From: Nitrospira japonica
Lineage (GTDB): Bacteria; Nitrospirota; Thermodesulfovibrionia; Thermodesulfovibrionales; SM23-35
Direction of reading: 5' to 3'
Assembly (NCBI GenBank): GCA_020725385.1
Contig: DYFC01000034.1
Span: 64,001-128,000 of the forward strand
DNA: 64,000 bases
Shown here: in pieces, positions 28,498-38,806 of the stretch
How positions within the stretch are numbered: position 1 is the stretch's first letter
Layout of the letters: the number at the start of each line of letters is the position of its first letter
Program-made: the position numbers and the translations under genes
The notes under the pieces: model-generated
What the model saw: only the letters and a program-made list of their open reading frames with translations
Database searches by the model: none
What the model was told of the DNA's origin: nothing

Positions 28498-30858
28498 ATG
28501 GATAAAAAACGGGTAAGGATTTTTGTTAAAGGCATAGTGCAGGGAGTAGGTTTCAGACCATTTGTGTATAATCTTGCAGAATTACTGGGACTTAAAGGTT
28601 ATGTGATAAATTCTTCAAAAGGCGTAACAATTGAAATAGAAGGAGATAAAATTGATTCTTTTATTCATAAATTAAAAAATGAAGCCCCTCCTTTATCTCA
28701 AATCCTGAGTGTAGAAATTATTGAACTGCCATATCATGGTTATAAAGATTTTAGAATTCAAGAAAGCAAAGATGAAGGTAGTTTTACTTTAATTTCTCCA
28801 GATGTCTCAATTTGTAATGACTGCTTTAATGAAATGCTTGATAGGAATGATAGGCGTTATTTATATCCTTTCATTAACTGCACAAATTGCGGTCCGAGAT
28901 ACACAATCACAAAATGTGTTCCTTACGATAGACCTAATACTACCATGGCTGTCTTTAAAATGTGCAAGGATTGTTTTAGAGAATATGATGATCCCCGTAA
29001 CAGGCGTTTCCATGCACAACCAAACGCATGTCCCGTATGTGGACCACAGGTTGAACTTTTTTATAAAGGGGAAAAATTAAAGGATAAAAGACAAAATCCA
29101 ATAAAACAAGCCATTGAAATTTTAAAAAAAGGAGAAATAGTAGCTGTCAAAGGTCTCGGAGGTTTTCACATTGCCTGTGATGCTTTAAATAAAGATGCTG
29201 TTGAAAGACTAAGAAGAGAGAAGAGAAAAAATAATAAACCATTTGCTTTGATGTCCCCTGATATTGAAACAATAGAAAAATATTGCTATGTATCTGAAGA
29301 TGAAGAAAAAATCCTGAAATCAAATAAAAGACCAATTGTTTTATTAAGAAAGAAGAAGAATAATTTGCCGGAGGCAATAGCTCCTGACAATCCTTCTATT
29401 GGTTTCATGCTTCCTTATACTCCCTTACATTATCTTTTATTCTATTATCCTCTTGAAAAAGAAAGTTGCAAAGGAAAACCGAGTCCAAATTTTGAAGCCT
29501 TAGTTATGACAAGCGGAAACATTTCAGAAGAACCAATTGTCACTGATAACAAAGAGGCTAGAAAGAAATTATCTGGAATAGCTGATGCATTTCTTGTCCA
29601 CAACAGGGATATTTTTATGAGAGTTGACGATTCTGTGATACGAATTATAGATAAAAAACCGTTGAAAAAATTAAAAGAACGCAACGGTATGGAATCTATA
29701 ATTTATTTTATAAGACGTTCGCGTGGTTTTGTACCTGATCCTGTTCAACTTCATGAAGAAGGGCCTGAGGTACTTGGCTGCGGTGCTGACATGAAAAATA
29801 TTTTTACCTTAACAAAGGGCAGCTTTGCTATACCATCCCAGCATATAGGTGATATGGAGAATTATGAGACACTACAATTTTTTGAGGAAAGCCTGAATAA
29901 TCTTAAATCTGTATATAGAGTTAAGCCTGTGGCTCTTGCGTATGACCTGCATCCAATGTACCTGTCAACACAATGGGCATTGAGGCAAAAAAATATAAAA
30001 AAGACACCTATTCAACATCATTATGCCCATGTTGCTTCTATAATGGCTGAAAAAGGTATTAAAGACAAAATAATCGGAGTTTCATTTGATGGAACAGGAT
30101 ATGGAACAGACGGCAATCTATGGGGTGGGGAATTTCTTATCGCTGATATAAAAGGCTTCGAGAGGGCAGGGCATTTAAAGTATATACCACTACCCGGAGG
30201 AGAAAAAGCTGTAAAAGAACCATGGAGAATAGCACTAAGTTATATCCATTCTTGTTTTAAGAATAAAACTTTATCCACCCTGCAATCTATAGGATTCACA
30301 AATAAATACGGGATAGATAATATTAATAGTATCCTGTCTATTATTAACAATACACAGTTTTCTCCTTTATCATCTGGAGCCGGCAGGTTATTTGATGCAG
30401 TATCAGCATTGATAGGAATATGTGATAAAAATACTTTTGAAGGTGAAGCAGCAATTGCTCTTGAAGCAGCGGTCAGCAATAATATTAAAGGTAATTATCC
30501 GGTGAATTTAATATTTAACAATTGCTATGAAATTGATTTTTCCCCAACATTTTTAAATATTGTTAATGATTTGAATAAAAAGACAGATAAAGGTATTATA
30601 TCTGCTAAGTTTCATAATACTGTTGTTAAGGTTATAGTTGAGATTGTTTTAAAACTTTCTGAAAAATATTCAATAAAGGATGTAGCCTTATGCGGCGGGG
30701 TATTTCAGAACATGTATTTGCTTTATAAAACAATTGAAGGACTATCTATAAAAAATTTAAACATTCATATACATGATAAGGTGCCAACAAATGATGCAGG
30801 TATATCGCTTGGCCAGGCTTATATTATACGGGAAAGAATTAAAATAGGAATTGAATAA
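28498..30858 (+). CDS. hypF: Carbamoyltransferase HypF
   Basis: GIVQGVGFRPFVY, two zinc fingers, QHHYAH, DGTGYG, NDAGISLGQ; ATG 28498 preferred. Confidence 0.96.
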   Translation: MDKKRVRIFVKGIVQGVGFRPFVYNLAELLGLKGYVINSSKGVTIEIEGDKIDSFIHKLKNEAPPLSQILSVEIIELPYHGYKDFRIQESKDEGSFTLISPDVSICNDCFNEMLDRNDRRYLYPFINCTNCGPRYTITKCVPYDRPNTTMAVFKMCKDCFREYDDPRNRRFHAQPNACPVCGPQVELFYKGEKLKDKRQNPIKQAIEILKKGEIVAVKGLGGFHIACDALNKDAVERLRREKRKNNKPFALMSPDIETIEKYCYVSEDEEKILKSNKRPIVLLRKKKNNLPEAIAPDNPSIGFMLPYTPLHYLLFYYPLEKESCKGKPSPNFEALVMTSGNISEEPIVTDNKEARKKLSGIADAFLVHNRDIFMRVDDSVIRIIDKKPLKKLKERNGMESIIYFIRRSRGFVPDPVQLHEEGPEVLGCGADMKNIFTLTKGSFAIPSQHIGDMENYETLQFFEESLNNLKSVYRVKPVALAYDLHPMYLSTQWALRQKNIKKTPIQHHYAHVASIMAEKGIKDKIIGVSFDGTGYGTDGNLWGGEFLIADIKGFERAGHLKYIPLPGGEKAVKEPWRIALSYIHSCFKNKTLSTLQSIGFTNKYGIDNINSILSIINNTQFSPLSSGAGRLFDAVSALIGICDKNTFEGEAAIALEAAVSNNIKGNYPVNLIFNNCYEIDFSPTFLNIVNDLNKKTDKGIISAKFHNTVVKVIVEIVLKLSEKYSIKDVALCGGVFQNMYLLYKTIEGLSIKNLNIHIHDKVPTNDAGISLGQAYIIRERIKIGIE

Positions 30859-30905
30859 AAAGAAGAACTAATTTGAAATAGATTAATCAGAGGAGGGAGT
30901 TGTAA

Positions 30906-31976
30906 ATGCAAAGGATAATAAAAAAAATTCACAGTTTAATGAAAACCATTAACAAACCTGTAAAACTTATGGAAGTTTGTGGTACTCATACTGTTGCTAT
31001 TTTCAGGCATGGCATAAGAGGTGTAATACCAAAAGAAATTGTTTTATTAAGTGGACCCGGTTGTCCTGTATGTGTTACCCCAATCAAAGATGTTGATATA
31101 GCAATAGCAATAGCAAAAAAAGATGGATATATACTTACAACATTCGGAGATATGATGCGAGTTCCGGGGAGTAAAAAACAATCTTTATTTCATGCGCAGG
31201 CAGAAGGCGCAAATATAAACATTGTATATTCTCCTATGGATGCTCTTAATATTGCCATAAAGAATAAAGAAAAGAAAGTTGTATTTTTTGCAACTGGTTT
31301 CGAGACAACATCTCCTTCTATCGCGGGAACCCTTTATCAGGCCGAGCATCTTGGTGTCAAAAATTTTTTTATATATTCTGCTCATAAAGTTGTTCCGCCT
31401 GCATTAAAAGCTCTGGTAAATTCACCTGATTTAAAACTTGATGGTTTTATACTGCCTGGGCATGTTAGCACAATAATAGGAAGCAAGCCTTATGAATTTA
31501 TTGCTACCGAATACAAAATCCCATCTGTTATAACAGGATTCGATGCTGAAGATATTCTTACATCAATAATGATGCTTCTTACACAGATAGCAGAAGGCAG
31601 GGCTGAGATTGAAATACAATATACAAGTGTGGTTAAACCCGAAGGAAATCGTAAAGCTTTGGAATTGATTAATGAATATTTTGAACCATGTGATGCAAAC
31701 TGGAGAGGTATTGGTGTTATACCGGGCAGCGGACTGAAATTAAGAAGAAGCAAGAAACATTTTGATATTAATACTATACTCAAGATAGATGTTGCCGAAT
31801 CAGCAGAACCCAAAGGCTGTCAATGCGGTCATGTTCTCAGAGGTGTTAAAATACCTACAGAATGTAAATTATTCGGAAAAGCATGTACACCGGAACATCC
31901 TGTCGGAGCTTGCATGGTCAGTACAGAAGGTAGCTGCGCAGCATATTATAAATATTCAGGAACGGTAAGATTTTAA
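30906..31976 (+). CDS. hypD: Hydrogenase maturation protein HypD
   Basis: MEVCGTHT, GPGCPVCVT, GFETT, PGHVS, GACMVSTEGSCAAYY. Confidence 0.97.
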   Translation: MQRIIKKIHSLMKTINKPVKLMEVCGTHTVAIFRHGIRGVIPKEIVLLSGPGCPVCVTPIKDVDIAIAIAKKDGYILTTFGDMMRVPGSKKQSLFHAQAEGANINIVYSPMDALNIAIKNKEKKVVFFATGFETTSPSIAGTLYQAEHLGVKNFFIYSAHKVVPPALKALVNSPDLKLDGFILPGHVSTIIGSKPYEFIATEYKIPSVITGFDAEDILTSIMMLLTQIAEGRAEIEIQYTSVVKPEGNRKALELINEYFEPCDANWRGIGVIPGSGLKLRRSKKHFDINTILKIDVAESAEPKGCQCGHVLRGVKIPTECKLFGKACTPEHPVGACMVSTEGSCAAYYKYSGTVRF

Positions 31977-32210
31977 TGTTAAGAATTAAATTAGAGAAAC
32001 AAACATAATAATATAATTAACAAATTACTAAGCTATCACTTAGCAATCTCGAAAGCCTAAACAACTTGCTGATTTATCGAGAAATTTTATTGTTTAAAAA
32101 ACAAACGTTAATATTGCTTTATTTCTAAAATATAATCACAAATTTAGTTAAAATAAAAACAAAGGTGTTCAAAAAAATTAACTAAAAATAGTTTTTAACT
32201 TAATTCCATT

Positions 32211-33359
32211 ATGAAAGAACTGACAATTCTTCTTCCATGTCTAAATGAAGCAGAGACAATCGGTCAATGCATTAAAAGAGCAAGGAAACTTCTTGATGAT
32301 CATGGAATTGATGGTGAAATACTTATTTCAGATAATGGTTCAACCGATGGTAGCCAGGCAATATCAAATAAACTTGGTGCCAGGGTAGTTGAATGCCCTA
32401 TTAGAGGGTACGGGGCTGCTTTACAATTTGGAATTGAAAGAGCTGAAGGTAAATTTATCTTAATGGGAGACGCTGATGACAGCTATCATTTTGATGAAGC
32501 GTTTCCTATGATTCAAAAACTTAGGGAAGGTTATGATATCTGTATCGGAACACGACTAAAAGGTAAAATAATGAAAAATGCGATGCCGTTTCTCAACAGG
32601 TATCTCGGTACGCCTGTAATAACTAAAATTGGAAAAATATTTTTTAAAGTTGCTCTTAGTGATTACAATTGTGGAATGAGAGCGTTTAGAAGGGATAAGC
32701 TTCTTGAACTGAATCTTGTTACAACCGGCATGGAATGGGCATCCGAGATGATTATTAAGTCTAAACTTGCGGGTCTAAAAATGACGGAAGTTCCTATTAC
32801 ATTATATAAAGATGGCAGAAGCAGACCTCCTCATCTCAGACGATGGAGGGATGGCTGGCGTCATATAAGGTTTATGCTTCTTCATTCACCTAAATGGCTT
32901 TTTACAATTCCCGGGATTGTCATGATAGCAGTTGGTATAACCGGTGAAATTTTATTAATGCCCGGTGTATTTAAAATCGGAAATGTTAATTTTGATGTTC
33001 ATACTCTTACTGCTATGGCTATTTTAACTATTGTTGGTACACAGGTAATGTTCACAGGAATTTTTGCAAATTTATATTCACACATTACCGGTATTCTTCC
33101 TGAAGATGAAAAATATAGAAATTTAATAAAGAAATTTTCATTGGAAAAAGTTCTCGTGTTCTGTTTAATTCTTTTCATTTTTGGATTAACAGGGTTTTTA
33201 TATACATTATGGGAGTGGTATAGGGTAAATTTTTCTGAATTGAATTATCAGGTAACAATGAGACAGCTTGTACCATCGCTTACGCTCATAGCTATTTCAA
33301 TTCAAGGAATGTTCAATGGCTTTATGCTATCATTACTTTTTTTAAGAACAAAAAAGTAA
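32211..33359 (+). CDS. GT2 glycosyltransferase, DPM1/polyprenol-phosphate type with C-terminal TMs
   Basis: PCLNEA, DNGSTDGS, GYGAAL, DADDSY, RRWRDGWRH, C-terminal TM helices. Confidence 0.9.
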   Translation: MKELTILLPCLNEAETIGQCIKRARKLLDDHGIDGEILISDNGSTDGSQAISNKLGARVVECPIRGYGAALQFGIERAEGKFILMGDADDSYHFDEAFPMIQKLREGYDICIGTRLKGKIMKNAMPFLNRYLGTPVITKIGKIFFKVALSDYNCGMRAFRRDKLLELNLVTTGMEWASEMIIKSKLAGLKMTEVPITLYKDGRSRPPHLRRWRDGWRHIRFMLLHSPKWLFTIPGIVMIAVGITGEILLMPGVFKIGNVNFDVHTLTAMAILTIVGTQVMFTGIFANLYSHITGILPEDEKYRNLIKKFSLEKVLVFCLILFIFGLTGFLYTLWEWYRVNFSELNYQVTMRQLVPSLTLIAISIQGMFNGFMLSLLFLRTKK

Positions 33360-33386
33360 CATTTTTAATATTGCATATTTTCATTT

Positions 33387-33932
33387 ATGAAAAAGCTTGA
33401 TTATATTTTACAGAATTGGAGATATTCAATGGTTATTTCATTTATTCCATCTGGTTCTGAAATACTTGATATAGGCGGATATGACGGTTCGTTTTTACTA
33501 AAAGTAAAGAATAAAATCAAAAAAGGATATTGTATTGACCCGCTGATTAGTCCATTCAAAGATGATAAACTTGAATTTATAAAAGAACAAGTAAATAACA
33601 AATTGCCCTTTGCAGACTCATCATTTGATGTAATTACAATGATTGCTGTTTTTGAACATTTAAGAAAAAGCAGAACAATTGCAGTTTCTGAAGCATATCG
33701 GCTCTTAAAAAAAGGTGGAATAGCAATACTAACCATACCCGACAAATTTGTTGACAATATATTAAAAATTTTATCTACGCTAAAGCTAATTGATGGCATT
33801 TCTATTGAAGAACATGATAATTATGAAGTATCTGAGACTATTGAAATATTTTCTAAATATGGTTTTACATTACAAAAGTGGCAAAAGTTTCAGCTCGGCT
33901 TGAATAATCTTTTTATCTTCAAAAAAAAATGA
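33387..33932 (+). CDS. Class I SAM-dependent methyltransferase
   Basis: LDIGGYDG, LPFADSSFDVIT..AVFEHL. Confidence 0.85.
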   Translation: MKKLDYILQNWRYSMVISFIPSGSEILDIGGYDGSFLLKVKNKIKKGYCIDPLISPFKDDKLEFIKEQVNNKLPFADSSFDVITMIAVFEHLRKSRTIAVSEAYRLLKKGGIAILTIPDKFVDNILKILSTLKLIDGISIEEHDNYEVSETIEIFSKYGFTLQKWQKFQLGLNNLFIFKKK

Positions 33933-33945
33933 GGAGGCAATATTT

Positions 33946-36354
33946 TTGCCAGATAAGTTAAATAAATCTTTTTTTCTTCAATTAATATTCCTTTTTTCTG
34001 TTTTTTTGCTCTCCATTATTAAGATAGAAGACACAGATAGCTGGATGCATCTTAGTTTTGGAAGGCTGATCTGGGAAAATAAAGGGTTACCAGCCACAGA
34101 ACAATTTGTATATCCAAGTTTTGGTATGCCTTTTTCTTATAGCTCATGGCTTTTTGGAGTTATATATTATCTTTCATATTTATTTTTAGATATTCCGGGT
34201 ATTATTCTTCTCAAGGCTACTACAATAACCTTAGCTTTTTACATAATTTTAAAAGATTCTTTAAGGCCATATAAGAATCTGATTGTATCCCTTCTCATTA
34301 TGATGTTAATTGTGATTATCACCCGTCACCGTTTTGCGGAAAGACCCGAAACATTTATGTTGATATTTCTATCCTTCAGTATTTTCAGTTTGAATGCTTA
34401 TCTATACGACAAAAAGAAATATATCTATTGGCTTCCTTTTATCCATATGTTATGGGCAAATTGTCATTCAAGCATAAATATAATGGTGGTTCCATTTTTA
34501 GTTTTCATTATTGGAGGATTAGCTAATCAATATCTTGATAAAAAAGGTATTAAAGTCGAAATTAGTCCATCTAATGATCAAATTAAGACTATTCTGATTA
34601 TTTTTGTTTTGTCATTTCTTTCTTCTTTAATAAGCCCTTATTTTATAAGTCAGTATTTTTTTGCAACCCAGTATCTTTCCGAACCATGGTTTAAACAGGA
34701 AATTCTCGAACTTCAAAGTCCTGAATGGTACATTAAAAAGTGGCTTTATATTGGAACCGGGATTGTAATTGCAAGCTTTGTTTTAAACAGTAAAAAAATA
34801 TCAATCATAAATTTCTTGATGATTATTCCATTTGCATATCTTTCATTTACAGCAAAACGATTTTTACTTCTTTACGCTGTTATTGCTGCTCCTATTGTGA
34901 TTAAAAATATTTCAGCTTTCATCAGAGGAAGGAAATGGGAAAGATTCAATGATAAGAAAATTATGTTGGCCTTTACATTATTGTGGGTAATAGGATTTAC
35001 ATTTTTAGCAATATTCAAAGGTACCCCGTTTGACGGTAATAGAAAAAAATTCGGATTTGGCGTTGAATATAAGTATGTCCCTGAAGGAGCTCTTAAATAT
35101 CTTGATAAAAATAATATTTATGGAAGAGTTTTTAATATTTTTGAGTGGGGCGGATATATTATCTGGCGGGATTTCCCTAAAAGAATTGTATTTGTTGACC
35201 CCCGGGGGTATCTGCCAGCAGGTCTTCATGAAAAATTAAATCTCGCTATGGGAAGGCCTTATCTTTTAGATGCATTGGAGAATAAATATGGATTTGATGT
35301 TGTGCTTACCGGGTACCCGGAAGTTAGTACAAATGTTGAAAATATTGATTTAGCTTTATTGCATCCTGGGTGGGCTTTAGTATATTGGGATGATAAGGCT
35401 CTGGTTTATTTAAAGAAAGATGGTAAGTATAGGGAAATTGCTAATAGAGATATATATAATTTTGTTAAGCCTGCCAATGGACTGAGCAATCTTAAAAGTA
35501 TTTTGGAGGACAAAGAAAATAGAATAAAAACAATCGAGGAATTAAAAAGAAATATAGATAGTACCAATTCTCAAATCGGAAAGATGTTTCTCGGATATTC
35601 ATATAATGAGATTGGAGAATATAACAAAGCTCTGGATATTTTTTCAGAGTTGGAAAAAACTAATTCTTCAGAATATCTTTTGCAGTCATATAGCGGGGTT
35701 GCTTTTGCCTATGAAAGACTTGGAGATTTTAAAAAAGCTATCGAATATAACGAGAAGATAATAGGTTATAAAAAAGAGGCCGGTGTATTTTATGAAATTG
35801 GCAGATTATATCTAAAATTGAATGATGTGAAGAATTCATTAAAATACCTAAGAAAAGCTTTAGATAAAGATCGTGATTATCTTCCTGTCTACCCTTTAAT
35901 TTTAGATATTTACCGTAAGGAAGGGATGAGTCATGAATACGATAAATTAAAAAAGTACTATGACGAACTTTCTATCAGGAGTACTGCGATGGAACATTTT
36001 CAGAGTGGAGTAAATGCATATTTAAATGGAAAATTTGATGAAGCCCTGGCTGAGTTTAATAAAGCTATTGAATTGAATCCACTGGACGCAAAATCTTACA
36101 GCAACATAGGTTATATTTATTATGATAGAGGTGATATGATAAACGCTTTTATATACCAGAAAAAAGCAATAGATATAGATCCGAAATTTGCGAATGCTCA
36201 CTTCGGGCTGGCTATGATTTATAAAAAACATGGTGATTTTTTAAATGAAAAAAAGCATCTTGAAGAATATCTGAAACTTGAACCTTCGGGTTATTATTCC
36301 AGAAGGGCGATGGAAGAGATTGACATCCTGAATAAATTTTTGAAAAAACGATAA
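33946..36354 (+). CDS. Polytopic membrane protein (GT-C-fold-like) with C-terminal TPRs
   Basis: DTDSWMHLSFGR first-loop motif, ERPE, LWANCH, about 10 TMs, then TPR repeats. Confidence 0.7.
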   Translation: MPDKLNKSFFLQLIFLFSVFLLSIIKIEDTDSWMHLSFGRLIWENKGLPATEQFVYPSFGMPFSYSSWLFGVIYYLSYLFLDIPGIILLKATTITLAFYIILKDSLRPYKNLIVSLLIMMLIVIITRHRFAERPETFMLIFLSFSIFSLNAYLYDKKKYIYWLPFIHMLWANCHSSINIMVVPFLVFIIGGLANQYLDKKGIKVEISPSNDQIKTILIIFVLSFLSSLISPYFISQYFFATQYLSEPWFKQEILELQSPEWYIKKWLYIGTGIVIASFVLNSKKISIINFLMIIPFAYLSFTAKRFLLLYAVIAAPIVIKNISAFIRGRKWERFNDKKIMLAFTLLWVIGFTFLAIFKGTPFDGNRKKFGFGVEYKYVPEGALKYLDKNNIYGRVFNIFEWGGYIIWRDFPKRIVFVDPRGYLPAGLHEKLNLAMGRPYLLDALENKYGFDVVLTGYPEVSTNVENIDLALLHPGWALVYWDDKALVYLKKDGKYREIANRDIYNFVKPANGLSNLKSILEDKENRIKTIEELKRNIDSTNSQIGKMFLGYSYNEIGEYNKALDIFSELEKTNSSEYLLQSYSGVAFAYERLGDFKKAIEYNEKIIGYKKEAGVFYEIGRLYLKLNDVKNSLKYLRKALDKDRDYLPVYPLILDIYRKEGMSHEYDKLKKYYDELSIRSTAMEHFQSGVNAYLNGKFDEALAEFNKAIELNPLDAKSYSNIGYIYYDRGDMINAFIYQKKAIDIDPKFANAHFGLAMIYKKHGDFLNEKKHLEEYLKLEPSGYYSRRAMEEIDILNKFLKKR

Positions 36355-36355
36355 A

Positions 36356-36976
36356 ATGTCTTCGGCAGATTTATATATCAATAGTATAGATTTCAAGAAA
36401 TATTTAAATGAATCTGAATGCTGTGAATGTGGTTTCTCTTCATGTAATGACTTTTTTGTTGCACTAAAGGATGGAAAGGTTGATATTCAACTATGTAAAT
36501 TTATTGATGGAAATAGGTTGAATGCTTTAGAAGCAATAAAAAAGATTGAAACGATCTGGCCTGAAGTGCCTTTAATAACTTTTCCAAGACCGGCATATAC
36601 TGGACTTATAGAGCTCAATAATCCTGATGAAAAATCAATTATTCTTATTACAGGAAATAATGAGTTTACAGAACAGGTTGTGCTAACGGTTCTCGGGACA
36701 ACTTCATGTCCATTTTATGTTCTGTTTGTTGATACCGATGGGAATACAATAGATATGTCCATGATTTACAATACTTTCAATGCTGAGAGGGTATTGGATG
36801 CATTAAGAAAAACAGGGTTACTGAATATATCTACTGGAAAAAATATTGTAATTCCCGGACTTGCACATGGTATAGAAAGCGAAATTAATAAACTTACGGG
36901 CTTTAATATTAAAACAGGGCCGGTTTGTGTAGCAGAATTGCCGCTTTTTTTAGCGAACATATGGATACCACCATAA
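36356..36976 (+). CDS. Fe-S domain fused to an AcsC/CdhE-type corrinoid-binding domain
   Basis: CCECGFSSC...C N-terminal Fe-S motif; C-terminal ITGN..VDTDG..IPGLA..GPV pattern of the CFeSP/HgcA cobalamin domain. Confidence 0.7.
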   Translation: MSSADLYINSIDFKKYLNESECCECGFSSCNDFFVALKDGKVDIQLCKFIDGNRLNALEAIKKIETIWPEVPLITFPRPAYTGLIELNNPDEKSIILITGNNEFTEQVVLTVLGTTSCPFYVLFVDTDGNTIDMSMIYNTFNAERVLDALRKTGLLNISTGKNIVIPGLAHGIESEINKLTGFNIKTGPVCVAELPLFLANIWIPP

Positions 36977-37084
36977 ACTACAATACATTTATGATGAACG
37001 AATTTTTTTAAGCAATGTTTACATTGTTTGGGTTAAAATAATTCAGTCTATACGGACTGTTTAAAAAGCAGAGGGGTGAGTTAA

Positions 37085-38083
37085 ATGGAAAGAATATTAT
37101 TAGGACATGGAAGCGGTGGAAAGCTTATGTATCAATTGATTAGAGAACATTTTGTTCCTGAGTTTAAGCTCAAGTCTTTGAATGATTCGGCGGTTCTTAA
37201 AGGGTTAAATAAAGGTAAGATTGCTGTTACAACCGATTCTTATGTGGTTTCCCCTATTTTTTTCCCGGGTGGCAATATTGGTGAGCTTGCTGTTTACGGG
37301 ACAGTAAATGATCTTTCAATGGTAGGTGCAACACCTCTTTATATTACGTCGGGATTTATACTTGAAGAAGGGTTTCCACTCGAAGATTTAAAGAAAATTT
37401 TAACCTCTATGTCGGAAGCAGCAAAAAAAGCAGGTATAAAAATAGTTGCAGGTGATACTAAAGTTGTAAATAAAGGAAAAGCAGATGGTATCTTTATTAA
37501 CACATCAGGCGTTGGAATTGTCGGGGAAAATACGGACATTTCACCATTAAAAGTAAAGCCCGGGGATAGAGTAATCCTAAGCGGTCCAATCGGTAATCAT
37601 GGTATCTCGATTATTGCAGAAAGAAATGGTTTAAGGTTTAATCCTCCTGTATTGAGTGATACGGCTCCTTTGAATGTACTTGTTAAGGAAATGTTGAAAC
37701 ACACAAAGAAAATACACGCAATGCGTGACCCTACCCGCGGAGGACTTGCAACCACTCTCAAAGAAATAGCGAATGATTCAAAATGTTGCATTACTATTTT
37801 TGAAGAATCAATACCCGTGCCTTCTGGTGTCAGAGGAGCGTGTGAACTTCTCGGACTCGATCCGCTTTATGTGGCTAATGAAGGCATTTTAATTGCAATA
37901 GTATCTGCGGATGTAGCCGATTCACTCGTAAAAAAAATGAGGAAAATATCTGTTGCGCGCGAATCGTGTATAATTGGTGAAGTTACAAAAAATCCTGCAG
38001 GTATGGTACTTCTTAAAACATCTATTGGTGGAACAAGAATGATCGAGATGCTTTCCGGTGACCAATTACCAAGAATATGTTAG
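37085..38083 (+). CDS. hypE: Hydrogenase maturation protein HypE
   Basis: HGSGG, TTDSYVV, GTVNDL, MRDPTRGG, C-terminal PRIC. Confidence 0.97.
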   Translation: MERILLGHGSGGKLMYQLIREHFVPEFKLKSLNDSAVLKGLNKGKIAVTTDSYVVSPIFFPGGNIGELAVYGTVNDLSMVGATPLYITSGFILEEGFPLEDLKKILTSMSEAAKKAGIKIVAGDTKVVNKGKADGIFINTSGVGIVGENTDISPLKVKPGDRVILSGPIGNHGISIIAERNGLRFNPPVLSDTAPLNVLVKEMLKHTKKIHAMRDPTRGGLATTLKEIANDSKCCITIFEESIPVPSGVRGACELLGLDPLYVANEGILIAIVSADVADSLVKKMRKISVARESCIIGEVTKNPAGMVLLKTSIGGTRMIEMLSGDQLPRIC

Positions 38084-38092
38084 AGGTATAAT

Positions 38093-38803
38093 ATGATATT
38101 AGGTGTTAATATTGATCATATTGCTACATTAAGACAGGCACGTCGTGGAATTGAGCCTGACCCAATTTTGGCTGCCCCGCTTGCTATATTGGGTGGTGCT
38201 GATGGCATTACAGTTCATCTTAGGGAAGATCGAAGACATATTCAGGACAGGGATCTTGAAATATTGAAAAGAATTGTTCCTGTTGAATTAAATCTCGAAA
38301 TGGCTGTTACAGAAGAAATGCTCTTAATCGCAGAAAAAATAAAACCTGATCTTGTAACCATTGTGCCGGAAAAAAGAATGGAACTTACAACCGAAGGCGG
38401 ATTGGATGTAAAAAAACATAAAAAAAATGTAATGGAAGCAATCAAAAGACTTCATAGAAAAGATATACCTGTTAGCCTTTTTATAAATCCGGATAAAGGG
38501 GATATAGAATTATCTGGGAAAATTGGTTCCGATATGGTTGAGATTCATACCGGGACATATGCAAATACAAAGGGAAAAAGTCAGGAAAAAGAGTTCGCAA
38601 GAGTGAAAAATGCGGTTAATTATGCATTAGAATGCAGGCTTTTAGTTAATGCAGGTCACGGATTAAATTACTTTAATGTTCAAAGAATTGCTTTGATTGA
38701 AGGTTTAAGGGGGCTTTATATAGGCCATAGCATTATATCAAGAGCAGTTTTTGTAGGGCTTGAACGGGCTGTTAGAGAAATGAAACAAATTATTCACAGA
38801 TAA
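38093..38803 (+). CDS. pdxJ: Pyridoxine 5'-phosphate synthase
   Basis: LGVNIDHIATLRQAR, HLREDRRHIQD, TTEGGLDV, AGHGLNY. Confidence 0.97.
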   Translation: MILGVNIDHIATLRQARRGIEPDPILAAPLAILGGADGITVHLREDRRHIQDRDLEILKRIVPVELNLEMAVTEEMLLIAEKIKPDLVTIVPEKRMELTTEGGLDVKKHKKNVMEAIKRLHRKDIPVSLFINPDKGDIELSGKIGSDMVEIHTGTYANTKGKSQEKEFARVKNAVNYALECRLLVNAGHGLNYFNVQRIALIEGLRGLYIGHSIISRAVFVGLERAVREMKQIIHR

Positions 38804-38806
38804 CTT

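Noticed and set aside
29640-29710. Possible repeat-derived insertion in HypF (KKPLKKLKERNGMES), and similar short inserts in TamB and RsmA
   Set aside because: Periodicity too degenerate to support by eye; needs alignment to homologues.
36356-36976. Mercury methylase hgcA
   Set aside because: Lacks the N(V/I)WCA cap helix, the TM domain and a downstream hgcB ferredoxin.
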